This document shows positions 27,265 to 39,469 of a DNA stretch of 64,000 nt, one piece after another. The first letter of the stretch is position 1. Each line of letters begins with the position of its first letter. The position numbers and the translations under genes are program-made. Source of the DNA: Oopsacas minuta (Eukaryota; Animalia; Porifera); the NCBI GenBank assembly GCA_024704765.1, contig JAKMXF010000144.1, forward strand, positions 186,001 through 250,000, read 5' to 3'. The notes beneath the pieces are model-generated. The model did no database searches. It saw only the letters and a list, made by a program, of their open reading frames with translations, and had not been told where the DNA came from.

Positions 27265-30200
27265 ATGAATAATATACAAGATACAAAAGTAGAAGAATTC
27301 CTAAAGGCACTTTCTACTGCTAAGCAAAGTCTAAACCGATCTGAGCAAATATTAGGTGTGAAAAGTGTCCTTACAGACACCGAGGACATTCTGTCAAATT
27401 CTCCCACTTCTACCACTTTAGATGGTCTCTTAAAATACGACACACCGACACATTCCTATGTCACTACAAGTCTAGCTAGTTTCCATGGTGACGCACAAGG
27501 AATGCCAAATAATAGATCACCATTTGACACCTATTCAATGCCACTTGAGCCATCTGAGCTTGACACTCGACACAATCTATTCCAAGGTGTTAATGGCATC
27601 ACAATCGATCCTGCCACTTCGCGACTCAAAAATGACATATTATCACTTAACTCGTAAGTAGCAATTTAAAAATATTTTAATTATTCCATATTATGACACC
27701 TATAACACAGGGCGACACAATTTGTCACAGATGGTGAGAAGGGATTCAGAGAGGACAGTCTGGACAGACGTCTGGGGGAGTTGAGAGAGGAGAACAATCG
27801 ATTGGTAGATCAATCCAGAAGGAGTCAAGGAATTATTGATGACTTGAAACTGAAACTAAGGACTGGAACTAACAAATTAGAGCAGTCACAATCTGATTTA
27901 GCTGATGAGTTGAAACAGAAGACACTTTTGGAGGACAGGGTGGTTTCTATGGAGTCTAAAATACGCGCCATACTGCAGGTAGATATAAATAGAACTAAAT
28001 CTCATTGGTGGTTAACTTTTGTTCTTATTACATGGATAATTGGTTCATTTCATTCGGTGTTTGTTAGGAATTTGAGTCTCAGAGGTCACGTACTTCAGAC
28101 CTAGAACTCCAGCTGACTGAGCGGTGTAAACACGTGACTAATCTTGAATCAGACTTGAGTACACGATCGGAGGAGGTTAAGACCCTGAAGAGGTCATATG
28201 ACACCGTGTCTCGCACCCTGGAACAGACCGTGTCAAGTCAGGCCCGATTGAGAGAGGCCCTAACACAGAGCAAAGAGAGGGAGAGAGAGGGAGCGATGCT
28301 ATCTGATGAGAGATTGGCACAGCTACAATCAGCTGAGAGCAAGCTATTCAATACACAGGTTTTGATTTTTTCACTTTTTGTCAAACTTTTACTAATCTAA
28401 TATTAGCAACAATTGGAGGAGTCTAAGAAAAGTCGTTTCGATCTTCACTCGTCTCCTAGCAACGGATTAGCAGTAGAGAATGTGGCTTTGAAAGAAAAAG
28501 TGTCAGTCCTTTCCAAACAGGCTTCTCAGTTCCAATTGGAACTAACAACAGCTAGATCGCAGCTTAAACTAATGGAGAGTTTAGCTGTTAGATTGGAGAG
28601 TCCCTCTCCTGGCATTGGAGCTGGAACTAAGTATAGTTCTGGTTCCGGAGAGAGAATTAAGTCAGAACTTGATAATAAAGATAGACAGGTGACTACACAT
28701 TAGTTTATATTGTATTGGAACCTAATTAATCATAGTTCCGGTTATAGATCCGATTGCTAGAAAATCAGCTGACTGATAAGACACGTAGCTCAGCTGATCA
28801 CGTAGAACAGCTGCAACAATTACACAAACAAATAAATAATCTCAGAAGAGAGAAGGTAACCATAATTGCATTTATTTGTTTGTTTTTTACTCTAATAATT
28901 TTTTCTACCATCTCCGCCACATTTCTGTCACACTTCGCATACCACCTCCCTCTCCACGGCCCCTAACAAACAAACACAATTATAGTTCACCATTTACATC
29001 ACAGTTTAATAAGCTTACCTGTACTTTATTTATCATATTATCAACCACCATGTGTCGTATAGATATAATTACTCTAGAATGTCTAAAAATAGAAAAGTGT
29101 ATTCCAGCAATTCTATTATTATCCTAGCACTCTATGTATAGCACAGATTATGTAATTGAGTTTATTCTAGATTAATTCTAAATATAGAAGTGTTACTTTA
29201 TAAAGCTTCTATTCATCTATATAATAGGATTTTATTAGCTAAAACTCAGTAAAATCAAATCAACAAATATGTCTCTAATAATCAAAATATTCCTGATCGA
29301 GGATTGGAACAAGGAACCGTCTCAGATACGCCGATTCGCATGGGACACCGGATTGAGGTTCGCCGAATTATGTGAGAAAGTCCTCAACTTATATCCTACT
29401 CTAATTGGTAGCGATCTCATACTGAAATGGAAGGATGAAGAGGGCGATTGGATCGATATCTCCAGTGACACCGAATTACTAGACGCTGCCAAGGCTATTG
29501 AAGGACAGCTGTTGAAATTATGGGTGTCAACTGAGAAGAAGCCTAGTGAACCAAAGGATCCTTGTATGGACTGGCCCCGAGATTGGTGGTGCCATCGCGG
29601 TGGTGGCAGAGGTGCCTGGCGCGGTTGTCGCAAAGGTTTCCCCGGCAAGGAACACAAGATCACCCATTGGGGCTACGTCTGTGACGGTTGTGAAGGGGCC
29701 ATTGTCGGTAGTCGTTATAACTGCAGGGATTGTCCGAACTACGATCTCTGTCAGGGCTGCTTCGACCAGAAACTACATAAGGAGCATTCCTTTGTGGAAG
29801 TACGGTTCCCAAAGAAAGGACGACGTGGATACTCACGTGAAATGGAGAAAGAATTCCTGGAATCTGTCGGGAACGGAGTGGCAGAGTTGCTTGCGCCTCT
29901 TGACATCAATGTGGATGTAGAAATTGATGAGAGGCCGACAAAACAGGAGGAACCAATGGAGTCCAAACAAGAACCTCAACCGGAAGAACCAGAAACAGAA
30001 CCTGAAACTATTTCTGAACCAACTGCACCATCTCAGCCTGTCCACCCCGACCCAACCCTGTCTCACCCTCCTCCACAATTCGTCCCCTCTGACGTAATGC
30101 CTAGCCCTTACTTCTATCAACCAATGGCACCCTTCCCCCCCTTCCAACATGTCCACTTCCCAGGACACATTCCAGGCGTGCCACCTCACCACCCACACCC

Positions 30201-33200
30201 TCATTTCTTCCCGCCACCTCAGGAGTACTTGTTCCAGATCCCTGAGGACATGACTCCTGTCCAGAGGAAGGCTATGGAGACCCTGCGTGAGATGGGATTC
30301 GATATCTCTAACAGCAAGCTGATCGAAGGTGTCCGTAAGAATGGTGACAACATCCAAGCCACCGTTGAGGAGATGCTTAAGAAATAGTGCGCCATTTGTG
30401 CCACTTTAGGCCCATGGTAACTCAGGATGGTAATTAGATCTTGGTTGCTATGGTAGTAAGTAAAGTATTTAGTATTAGTATAAGACTCATGCCTCTTCAT
30501 GTACCAAGAACCTCTCACATGAATCAAACAACAAAAGAGAAGAAAAGTTGAATTCTTGTGTTGTTTGTTTGTTTGTTATTGTTTATCTCTAATAAAGTGT
30601 GTTACATATACTTTAGTCTTATTTTAATAGGGGAAATATGTTATAAGGCCACTTCTGGTGGGATATACTACCTACAGTGGAGTCTCCCAGAACGGACACA
30701 AGCGATGTTCCTAACGTGTCTGTTATTCGGAGAGTCTACGGTAATATCTACTTAACACCTGTGTACCCCTCTCATATACTGTAGTGCTAATTTTGAGATC
30801 CTGTGTGGATTGCTGTCGTCCATTTTCTGAATCTGTGATTCACTGGTCTAAGTGTCTATTTAGGACTATATATATACGAGCCTTTGGCTCGTCGCTTCGC
30901 GATGAACTCGGCGCACTGCACCTCAAGGTATTCAACGGGCAAACAAACAAACAACAATTGAGATTTAATAATATTGATAAATACAGGAGATACCGGTTAT
31001 AAGAACACTCTTAGTGTATTACTAAAATTGGTTCTCATTGCCAGTGTGTTAGTATCATAACTCTGATATGAGAGTACTTTTCTTTAATATGGTTTCTACA
31101 TACAAATGTGCTTAAAGGAAGTGTTCTCATAACCGGTATCTATACCGGTTATGAGAACTTATGTCCAGTCCCCAACCATGTTCTTATAACCGTCATTCAT
31201 GTATATATTATTGGAACTATAAATAGGAACAAACTAAAGATGGTTTCGACGGGAAATTGAACGCTGAATTGAGTAAGTTAAGACTCTCCCACTCAGGATA
31301 CTCAAGGGATATGGAGACACAATTAAGTGGCTGTAGTGAGAAGTTGAAGGTGACAAAACGTGAAGTAGAGACACTACGTAATCAGCTGATTGAAGCTAAA
31401 CGGAAAGAAGTGGCATTAGTGGCACAAAATGAGACACTTTCGACACAATCTGCCACTTTAACTCATAAATTTGAACTGAATAGCATAGGTAAGTAATTTA
31501 TTAAATTATCTCTAATAATAGTGTATGGAAAGGTGTGAAAAGTGGCTTAATGTGTCCTAATCAAATGCTCACATCTAGTGCTGTCTGTCGGGATATTTTC
31601 AAAGTTTTCCTCGCTCGATCCATCGCGACAGCTTTCACTTCTTGCTCGCTTTCATTCAAAATAGTTTCGTTTTGTATCACAGACTGTCTCTTCAGCATTC
31701 CCATTTTCCTCTCCCCTTCTGCACTCCCTGGTCTATCGGGGTAATCCTCTGGAATAGTTGTCTCCTCGTCAAATGAATTAACCTCCACCAAGCTCCTCCT
31801 GCGTACCACTCCAAAAGTAACACCTTTCTTAGATTTCTTCACTTCTTCAACAATTACTTCTTCTTTCATAAATCTCAAAAATCTTTTCGCATAAAATGAC
31901 GGTTTTTGAACTGAGATAGTTTCTTTGTTGATCACGATCGATTTCACTGCGTGTTCGATTCTTTTTTTCGCTCGGAAATTCTGTAATATATCTATAACAC
32001 CTATGAAGAGTATCACAAAATCACCATCAGGAAGTTTGGCGGGGAAACCACCAGGTGGCACAGTGGCTAAATGTGTCGCGAGTTCGATTGAGTTCTTAAT
32101 CGTTGGACAGTCGTAACATGAGTTCATATTGATAGACATTCTACTTCGAAGGATAGATCTGGGCTTCTTTATAGTGCAACTAACCTGTGCCACATTTTCT
32201 GCCTCTTTTAACACCTGTGTCACATTGTGTACCCCCACCAATAGGCTGTAGTCCATGATATCAAAACTTTCTAACACGTCACAATCACGTTTCAAAACGT
32301 CCATTAACAGATCGCGTTTGTCCTCTGTCATAATTATGCCTTTTGGAAATTTATCTTGAAAATCGATGTCTTTTTGTGTTGGTGGCATGGCGCCCTGTGC
32401 CACTTCAGTTTCAGGAGCTTTTCTGTGATAACTCGAGCCCTTTAGATCGTATTTCAATTGATACTTAATATTTGTCGGTAGGACATTGTTCATAATTACG
32501 AATCGCATCGATCTAATCACAGTTTGGTAACCGAATAATCCGAAGAATTTAGGGATTAATGTTTTACTGTTTTGATGCAGGTTCATCCAGTAGCCGGGGA
32601 GTAACTGTTGCAAGAACCTCGCCTCTTTGTCTGAGACCGTTTTCAGGATATAGTTGTCGTCCTCTGTGATGAATAACAAGGATCCACTTGCTCCGGGGTT
32701 GTGTAGAGCTTTAAGTGGCATCTGACAGATGGAATCGATAAATTCGTTTTGATTAATGCCGAATTGTTTCCGCAAATGATGGAATGTTTCGCTCGCATAA
32801 CTTTTGAATGTAAAAGAATTCGAATTATGCGACGGAGTCTTTCCTGAACCTTCTTTCGGAAAGCTAGTTGACTCAATCGAATTGAAGTCCCGCATCAAAA
32901 TATCCTTTTTCCCTTTCGTATTCAAAAGTGCATGTTCAATGCCCAACTGGAGGCAACTGAGTATTTCCATGTGTTCAGAAGTTGTATAGTTCAGATTTGA
33001 TATCTCTGCCATTCTCCCTATTTTATACAAAAATGAAAACTTTCAGTGAAAGGACTCCAGATTGTTTTCTGAATTCATTTATTTATACAACGCCATATGC
33101 GTAAGAACTCTAAGTAATTCTGGTGTTACTGGAACCATAGCTTATAGTTCCAGTTTGTGAGTGGCATAAGGTTAAATAGAGTTCAAACGAAAGATCAGTT

Positions 33201-36200
33201 TTAAGACACACTTAATGTTATCGTTACATAATTAGTTCCGATTGTGACTTTTGATTGAAACTAAAAGAATCCATTATTACCCAAAAATTCCTTAGAATTC
33301 AAATTTATTCCAAATACATCGAAAATGAAAATATTGAATTTGTCTTACGTAAGAAATTGTGTGGAAATATCAGTTCCAATTTCAAAATAACTTGTTTATC
33401 TGGAAATTGCTCGTTTGCCGAAGACACAATTGTGACACAATATTTGGTGATAAATAATTAATTTCCAATTTATACAAGCTTTTAACGATTCGTTCTCGAA
33501 GGATTTTCAATTCTGTCAGAGGTGTTTATGAAACTATTGGGTCACGTATCTTACCCTAAATTCATTTGGTTCCAGGTCGTAGTCAGGAACTAGAAACCCT
33601 ACAAAGAGAAATAGAGCAAGGAGGTCAAACTGTCAAACAGCTGGAAGTGGCACTCAAGAAATGTCGCAACGAGATTGAGAGACAAGCTAATCAGCTGATT
33701 AACTCAGAACAGGAGAAGAGGGAGAGAATATCTGGGCTTGAATTGGAACTGAAACTAAGTAGACAGGATCTACAACAGCTGATGGAGACAGCTAACAATA
33801 GGAACAAAGAATTACAGGTTCGTTTAAGTTTTTAGTTAGAACCAAAATGTTCCCCTTGTTCCACTTTTAGGCCCAAATTCAAGTTAGTTCGTGTTTGGAG
33901 GATAAATTGGTGCTATTACAAACTGACTGGGACAACAAGCTGCAACAGAAGGAGGTGTTAGTGGCAGATTTACAGTCTAAAGTGTCTCAAAGTGTCGCTC
34001 TATTATCTGAACAAAGATCTGAACTAGAACAATTCCAAAAAGTGTCACGCGAGCAGAGCAGAGAAGTGGCAGACCTGCGGACACTTCTTGCCACTTCTCA
34101 AGGAGAGAATAGGGCTCTTGAACAACAAGCTAAACTCGTAGAACAGGTAAAGAATTAAATAAATTCGTATGACTATGCAAATCAGCTGTTTGAAGTTCAG
34201 TTCCCAATTAAACTCTTCTAAGAATCAATTTTGTGTTTTATTGCCACAATCAACCACTTTAAATTGTGTCCTGTAGCTTAGAGTGAATATTTTCAAAGGA
34301 TACTTTATAGATTAATATGTACTATAGATAGTTCCATAAACAATATCATATGGTATCATGAATGGCTTCTCACACTTTTAGGAACATTCCAGTTGTATCT
34401 TAATGAAATCATAGAAGTAACACCTTGTGGATATTCATTTAATAATTGTTAATTGATTGGTTGAATATGATTAATAGGCGCCATATTAGTTCTGGTTCCG
34501 GTTTAGGTTCGTATTGAGCTGAAACAATCGAGGGACAGGGAATCGGAACTATCTTTAAACTTGTCAGCAACCAAGGAGAGAGTTGGAGAGCTTTCTGGCG
34601 CCCATAATCAGCTGATGGCTACTCTAGCCAATGAAGAGAGACTTTCTGCTGAGCTAAAGACCGCTAGGTGTGAGCTGGAGGTACGGAGGGAGGAGGCTAG
34701 GGAGTGGAAGGGGAGAGCGGACAGTTTTGAGAGGAACCTGGACAATAGAGCTAGAGAGCTTGAGAGGAAAGGACAACAAGTCCTAGAACTTGAACAAGCA
34801 TTTCATAAACTAAAGGTAATGATACCCTATTGGTGTGAATTGTACTAGTTTCCACACCTTTGATGCTATTTATAGAGTGATGCAGGTGTACAGAGGTCGG
34901 AACAGGAACGGACTATCCTACAGGGTCAAGTAGAGCTTCGAGCCCTCAAGGAGAGAGTGGCAGAGTTGTCATCAGAGGTAACAAATATGAGGAGACATAA
35001 TTCTAGTGTAGAAGAAGAAAAGAGAAAAATAGAAGAACAACTCGTTAGATACAAAAACACTACAATGGAATTTCAAGACAAACATACACAAGCATTACAA
35101 GTAAATAATATCTTTTGTTTACTGTTTGTTGTCTTGTTTACTTGTTTACTAGGAATTACAGAGGGCGCGAAGAGACACACAAGATCACTCACAACAACTC
35201 AGAGCCACTAAAGATAATCTAAAAACAAACGAAAACAAATTGAAACAAATACAGCAACAACTTGACACCTCTACACAACGTGTTACTGAACTAGAGAGGA
35301 AATGTGACCAATCAAATCGCACAGCTGAGGCATTGCAACAAAAAGCCCGCTCAATTCAGGAGGAAAGCAGAAAGACGATTGGTCAACTTGAAACAGAATC
35401 TGATAGGCTTAAACAACAGCTGGAATTCTCTTCCAAACAGAGCCACATGCAGTCACAGAGAATACAGGAAATACATGCACAGGAAATGGGCAGACATGAA
35501 CAGCAGGTGAGTACCTACTTCACACCTTTAAGGTGTCTCCATGCCACATATTTCTGTTCATAAATTCCTGAAGACCACTTTGAGAATATTTCCTGAACTA
35601 AAGCAAACTTAAAATCAAAGAAAAGTGTCATGAATGTGTCATGAATGTGGCCTAGACATATTAATGAATATATATTATAGATGAACTCAATACGATTGGA
35701 ATTGAAACAGAAACAAGATGAATACATAACTGAAACACGTGACATCTCCAGGCTACAGACTACTAACGCCACCTTATCAGCTGATCTATCAGCTGAGCGG
35801 GAATGTTCCACACATCTCAGACAGTCCTTAAACATCAAAGAATCAGAGGTTACCCGGATCAGCGCTCGTCTGTCCGGACTTGAAAGACAACTGACTATGC
35901 ATACCATGAGACAAGAACCTCTATCAATTAGTAGAACCTCATCAAGGTCATCTATTGATCACCCTTTAGAGGTGACAAGACTCCCCTCTCTGACGAATAT
36001 CACACCACTACCGGACACATTTGTGCCACATCAGCCAGCTCTGTCTCGTATCGAGACAAGATCCTGGGCTTCTAGTTACCACACAAATCCAAACACCTTA
36101 AAATATAATAACTGGCAAACAGACCGGAACCACTTCACACCTCAGCGTTTGAGCGGGGAATTTAGCGCCAGTATGCCACCTAACACGTTCATGGGTACGC

Positions 36201-36337
36201 CATCCCGACACGAGGCGGAAGATGTGAACCTGTCACTGACACAATTAGCTGAAGATCTAGCCAAGGCTGTGTCGCATCCCCAACCACTTCCTTACTTATC
36301 ACCTTCTAACAGGAAATCTCCCAAAAGTGTCAATTAA
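27265..36337 (+). CDS. CCDC18: CCDC18-like long coiled-coil protein, about 12 exons, hosting two nested genes
   Basis: TVKQLEVALKKCRNEIERQANQL and LNIKESEVTRISARLSG resemble remembered CCDC18 segments ([40 protein letters not shown]). Exon 28748-28855 (phase 0) joins 31227-31488 (phase 0 to 1), which joins 33576 (phase 1). Confidence 0.65.
29269..30387 (+). CDS. SQSTM1: p62/sequestosome-1 homolog (PB1-ZZ-UBA), intronless, nested on the same strand in a CCDC18-like intron
   Basis: PB1 with basic K6/IRRF and acidic WKDEEGDWIDISSDTEL, ZZ finger CDGCEGAIVGSRYNCRDCPNYDLCQGC, and UBA LREMGF. Confidence 0.9.
   Translation: MSLIIKIFLIEDWNKEPSQIRRFAWDTGLRFAELCEKVLNLYPTLIGSDLILKWKDEEGDWIDISSDTELLDAAKAIEGQLLKLWVSTEKKPSEPKDPCMDWPRDWWCHRGGGRGAWRGCRKGFPGKEHKITHWGYVCDGCEGAIVGSRYNCRDCPNYDLCQGCFDQKLHKEHSFVEVRFPKKGRRGYSREMEKEFLESVGNGVAELLAPLDINVDVEIDERPTKQEEPMESKQEPQPEEPETEPETISEPTAPSQPVHPDPTLSHPPPQFVPSDVMPSPYFYQPMAPFPPFQHVHFPGHIPGVPPHHPHPHFFPPPQEYLFQIPEDMTPVQRKAMETLREMGFDISNSKLIEGVRKNGDNIQATVEEMLKK
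30591..30596 (+). terminator. Candidate polyadenylation signal of the nested p62 gene
   Basis: AATAAA about 200 nt after the p62 stop, inside the host intron on the host strand. Confidence 0.5.
30984..31201. mobile_element. Tc1/mariner (pogo/Tigger-like) MITE, 218 bp, TA target duplication
   Basis: TA-CAGGAGATACCGGTTATAAGAAC ... GTTCTTATAACCGTCATTCATG-TA terminal inverted repeats sharing CGGTTATAAGAAC, plus an internal 17-bp-arm palindrome at 31123-31158. Confidence 0.75.
31561..33012 (-). CDS. PIP5K1: Type I phosphatidylinositol-4-phosphate 5-kinase, intronless, nested antisense in a CCDC18-like intron
   Basis: GASGSLLFITEDDNYILKTV, YDLKGS, IMDYSLLVG and GVIDILQ motifs. Activation loop KKRIEHAVK has the type-I Glu. 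ATG at 33012. Confidence 0.93.
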   Translation of the reverse strand: MAEISNLNYTTSEHMEILSCLQLGIEHALLNTKGKKDILMRDFNSIESTSFPKEGSGKTPSHNSNSFTFKSYASETFHHLRKQFGINQNEFIDSICQMPLKALHNPGASGSLLFITEDDNYILKTVSDKEARFLQQLLPGYWMNLHQNSKTLIPKFFGLFGYQTVIRSMRFVIMNNVLPTNIKYQLKYDLKGSSYHRKAPETEVAQGAMPPTQKDIDFQDKFPKGIIMTEDKRDLLMDVLKRDCDVLESFDIMDYSLLVGVHNVTQVLKEAENVAQVSCTIKKPRSILRSRMSINMNSCYDCPTIKNSIELATHLATVPPGGFPAKLPDGDFVILFIGVIDILQNFRAKKRIEHAVKSIVINKETISVQKPSFYAKRFLRFMKEEVIVEEVKKSKKGVTFGVVRRRSLVEVNSFDEETTIPEDYPDRPGSAEGERKMGMLKRQSVIQNETILNESEQEVKAVAMDRARKTLKISRQTALDVSI

Positions 36338-36495
36338 CATATGAAAATAGAACTTAATAAATCAGCTGTAATTATTTGAACTTTGTTATATGTCACACAT
36401 TCATAAGGTCAGTCATTTGTTATATATTATTTTGGGGTGTTTTGTGTTCACATGAGGGCAAGTTGTACTCCTACTTGAATACATTTATAGCAACA

Positions 36496-37117
36496 ATGAG
36501 TGGACAATCTGTGGTTAGATTTGGGCCTCGTGGTTACATTGATTCTGACGGGCCTTGGGAAACCGAAGAAGAATTCATTAACGAAGTGGATGAGATATTA
36601 CGACAGATCTTAAATGCGGAAACTGTGACGGTTATAGCCCTCTACTGTAAGGCAGATGCTGCCATTGTTCGATTTATTGGGGGGAGTTCCTCACTCGAGG
36701 TATGACACTACTCCTGCTGAAAATTATACGAGATTCTAATTGTTATGTGTATAGAGAAGAAGGTGTTAAACATAGAACAACAGACTCGAGTATTATTGCT
36801 CCAATGCCAACTGGCAGATGGTGGACAGCAGGTGTAAAAACCCAGTGTCAGCCTCTTCTTGGTTTAATTCACATTCTCAGTAGTTCTGGTACGCAATGGC
36901 TTTCTATATTCCGTGCTTATGCGATTGGAAAAGTTATCCACACCGCTACCCAAAATGGAGAAGATCAACCACCCCAGAATATGTCAGTAATATCTTCAAT
37001 CTCCTCCGACCTTCAACAGGTGTTTTCAAACGAATTTATTCATTAACTAAGCTGCTCTATAAAGAAAATTCTAGAGAACTTAACAACCAGAAGGAATGTA
37101 TAAACACCTCCACTTAG
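36496..37117 (+). CDS. Hypothetical protein, probably 3 exons, no recognised homology
   Basis: MSGQSVVRFGPRGYIDSDGPWETEEEF... exon ending at a GTATGA donor (36700). A phase-0 path via about 36754 and 36884 gives KKVLNIEQQTRVLLLQCQLADGGQQ-FWYAMAFYIPCLCDW. Confidence 0.4.
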
Positions 37118-37236
37118 CGTGATAAGAAATATCATGTCCTTGTGTCATATATTTTAATATATTCAATAAATGGTACTGATACGGAGGTAGGTTCCGCTTG
37201 GGTCTTATTAACACACCTCTAATCTAATTAGCTAGT

Positions 37237-39240
37237 ATGAGTTTCCAGATGGAACAGAGTCCGTATAACACGGGAGGGTCTGAGATATTCGCTAATAATC
37301 AGGGTGAACCTGTATCTTCTCGCTACCAGGTATGTTTATGAATTGCTACTTTATGTTCATAAAACAACAAATAAATATGAATAATTATAGGATGAGAGGA
37401 GGACTACTGGGCAGCGAGTGAGACAGATGGGACGTAAAGGAACGATAAGAGCTGTGACTTCTGTAGGTGATTTCTTCGGAGTTACACAGCAGTCCCAATC
37501 CCGTCTCCGTAACGAATACGGGGAGAGAGGGGTAAGTACCCTCCGGAGACGACATGGTACTCAACAGAACAACTCATACGTGGACACTAATTACATGTCA
37601 CCAGAATTCCTTGGTGATATCGACATACCAATTGATCTGCTTGGTTTCGAAGATGGAGCTATACCAGAAGGGAAGGAGAATTTATTTATTAGAGACAAGA
37701 GAGAGGGGTTGGATTATTACAGACGGGTTGCGGATCTTAAGATAGAGGACGATGGTTTCTTCGGGGGGCATGTCGGAGGTGTCGCTGCACCCCTCAGTCC
37801 CAAAAGGAAGAACGTTAAAATTAAGGCGCCAAAAGTACCGAAAAGCAAATCAGACAAGATTAAAAGCAAACTAAAGGTGATAAAATATGATTATTAATAT
37901 CAATACTTAAACATTCCAATCTTCTTTAGGCGTTGCCATCCTTCTGGCCTTATTTCACTATTTTTATAATAGTATTGGACATCATTGCTGCTTCAGCGCC
38001 TATTATAATTGAGTGGGCTTCGAATGGGAACCTAGCACCCATCCATTTGATCCCACTGAGCATCACATATAACCCCCAAGATTATTTGACACTTAATAAT
38101 GTGTCGAGAGTGCCAAATGTGTCGGTATATGCGGGTGACTCTCCGAACATGTGGATAGGAACATCTGTCGAATTCTTGATAACAGCTGGAGCCTCGTATG
38201 CACCATGTATGAGGCGGGACCAGCAGATTGTGGCTCGATACGCTGAAGAGGATGAGAGAAAAGTGGCGCTAGGTGGTCTCGGGTGTTGCCGAAATGATTT
38301 CTCAGCTGGCACAGTTTTGAGGTCAGAATGTGGCGGAGCTTTCACACCTAATGTCCCATGTTCTAGTCCGAATTTCACACTACCCATCCCAGTAACGCAA
38401 GTATTTAGACCATGTTGTATAGGTATAATGGGAAGGTGTCAAGTGGTCACTAGTCTGCATTGCTCGTTTCTTGGCGGGATCTTCCACCCGAATTCTGACT
38501 CATGTGCCACTGTGAACTGTTTCAGAGCGATTTGTGGCATGTTTGGTACAGGGATTAATAGTGTCCCCGGGTTTGAGAACAGACCGGATCCTTCTCAGTG
38601 GTGGCGGTGGATCACAGCTCTTTTCTTCCACGCGGGGATTATTCATCTCATAGTTGTGGCTGTTGAGACACTAATAGTGGCAGGACTTGTCGAGCACACA
38701 GCTGGGTTAATTAGAGTAGCGCTTATATATTTTATTTGTGGCATAGGTGGTAATATGTTTGGCTCAATTATCTCGCCTTATGCTATCCAATTAGGTGGGT
38801 CTCCAGCTGTTATGGGGCTATCAGCTGTTTTTTTAGTGGAATACTTTGAGACTGTACAAGCGCTTAAAAACAAATGTGTCGAATTTTTGAGATTATTGGG
38901 GGTGTTAGTGACAATATTCCTTGTTAACTTCATCTTGGGGACCTTCCCATATGTCGATAATTGGGCCAATTTGGGCGGATTCTTGTTTGGTATCCCCTCC
39001 GCACTCGTTTTCCTCCCCTACGTCACGTTTGGGAAGTGGGACGCTGTGAGGAAGAGGATCGTTCTAGCAGTTGCCCTCCCGATTCTGATATTCATGTTTC
39101 TGGTACTGCTAATTATTTTCTATGTAGCAAACACGGACTTCTGTTCTGTTTGTAAATATTTTAGTTGTATACCATACTACTTGGATGTTTGTGGGAATGC
39201 TTATAACTACCCTGATCCTCAAGTTGTTTACTCTTCTTAA
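37237..39240 (+). CDS. RHBDF: iRhom (RHBDF) rhomboid pseudoprotease, 3 exons
   Basis: Cytoplasmic N-terminus, PYFT first TM, NMWIGTSVEFLITAGASYAPCMRRD, Cys-rich iRhom homology loop, QWWRWITALFFHAG and LPYVTFGKWD. Confidence 0.9.
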
Positions 39241-39469
39241 GTGTACATATTGTAAACACAAACACGAATTTGTTTGTTTGTTTGTTTATATTTCAACTAG
39301 CAGGATTTTATTGTGTAATTATTTTTTGGTGATTTTCAAAATATTTCATTTCATAAATGGGAGGAACCACTTTGAATGGTATAGAATTCCATAATCACTG
39401 TTCGGTATCTAAGGACAACCTTGTACTGTATTTATTTGTTTATTTTTGTTTACAAATATCAGTATACAA

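Noticed and set aside
27265-36337. Reading the coiled-coil exons as two or three separate genes
   Set aside because: No convincing stop/start at the breaks, splice phases match across both long introns, and both halves resemble successive parts of CCDC18. Not fully excluded without transcripts.
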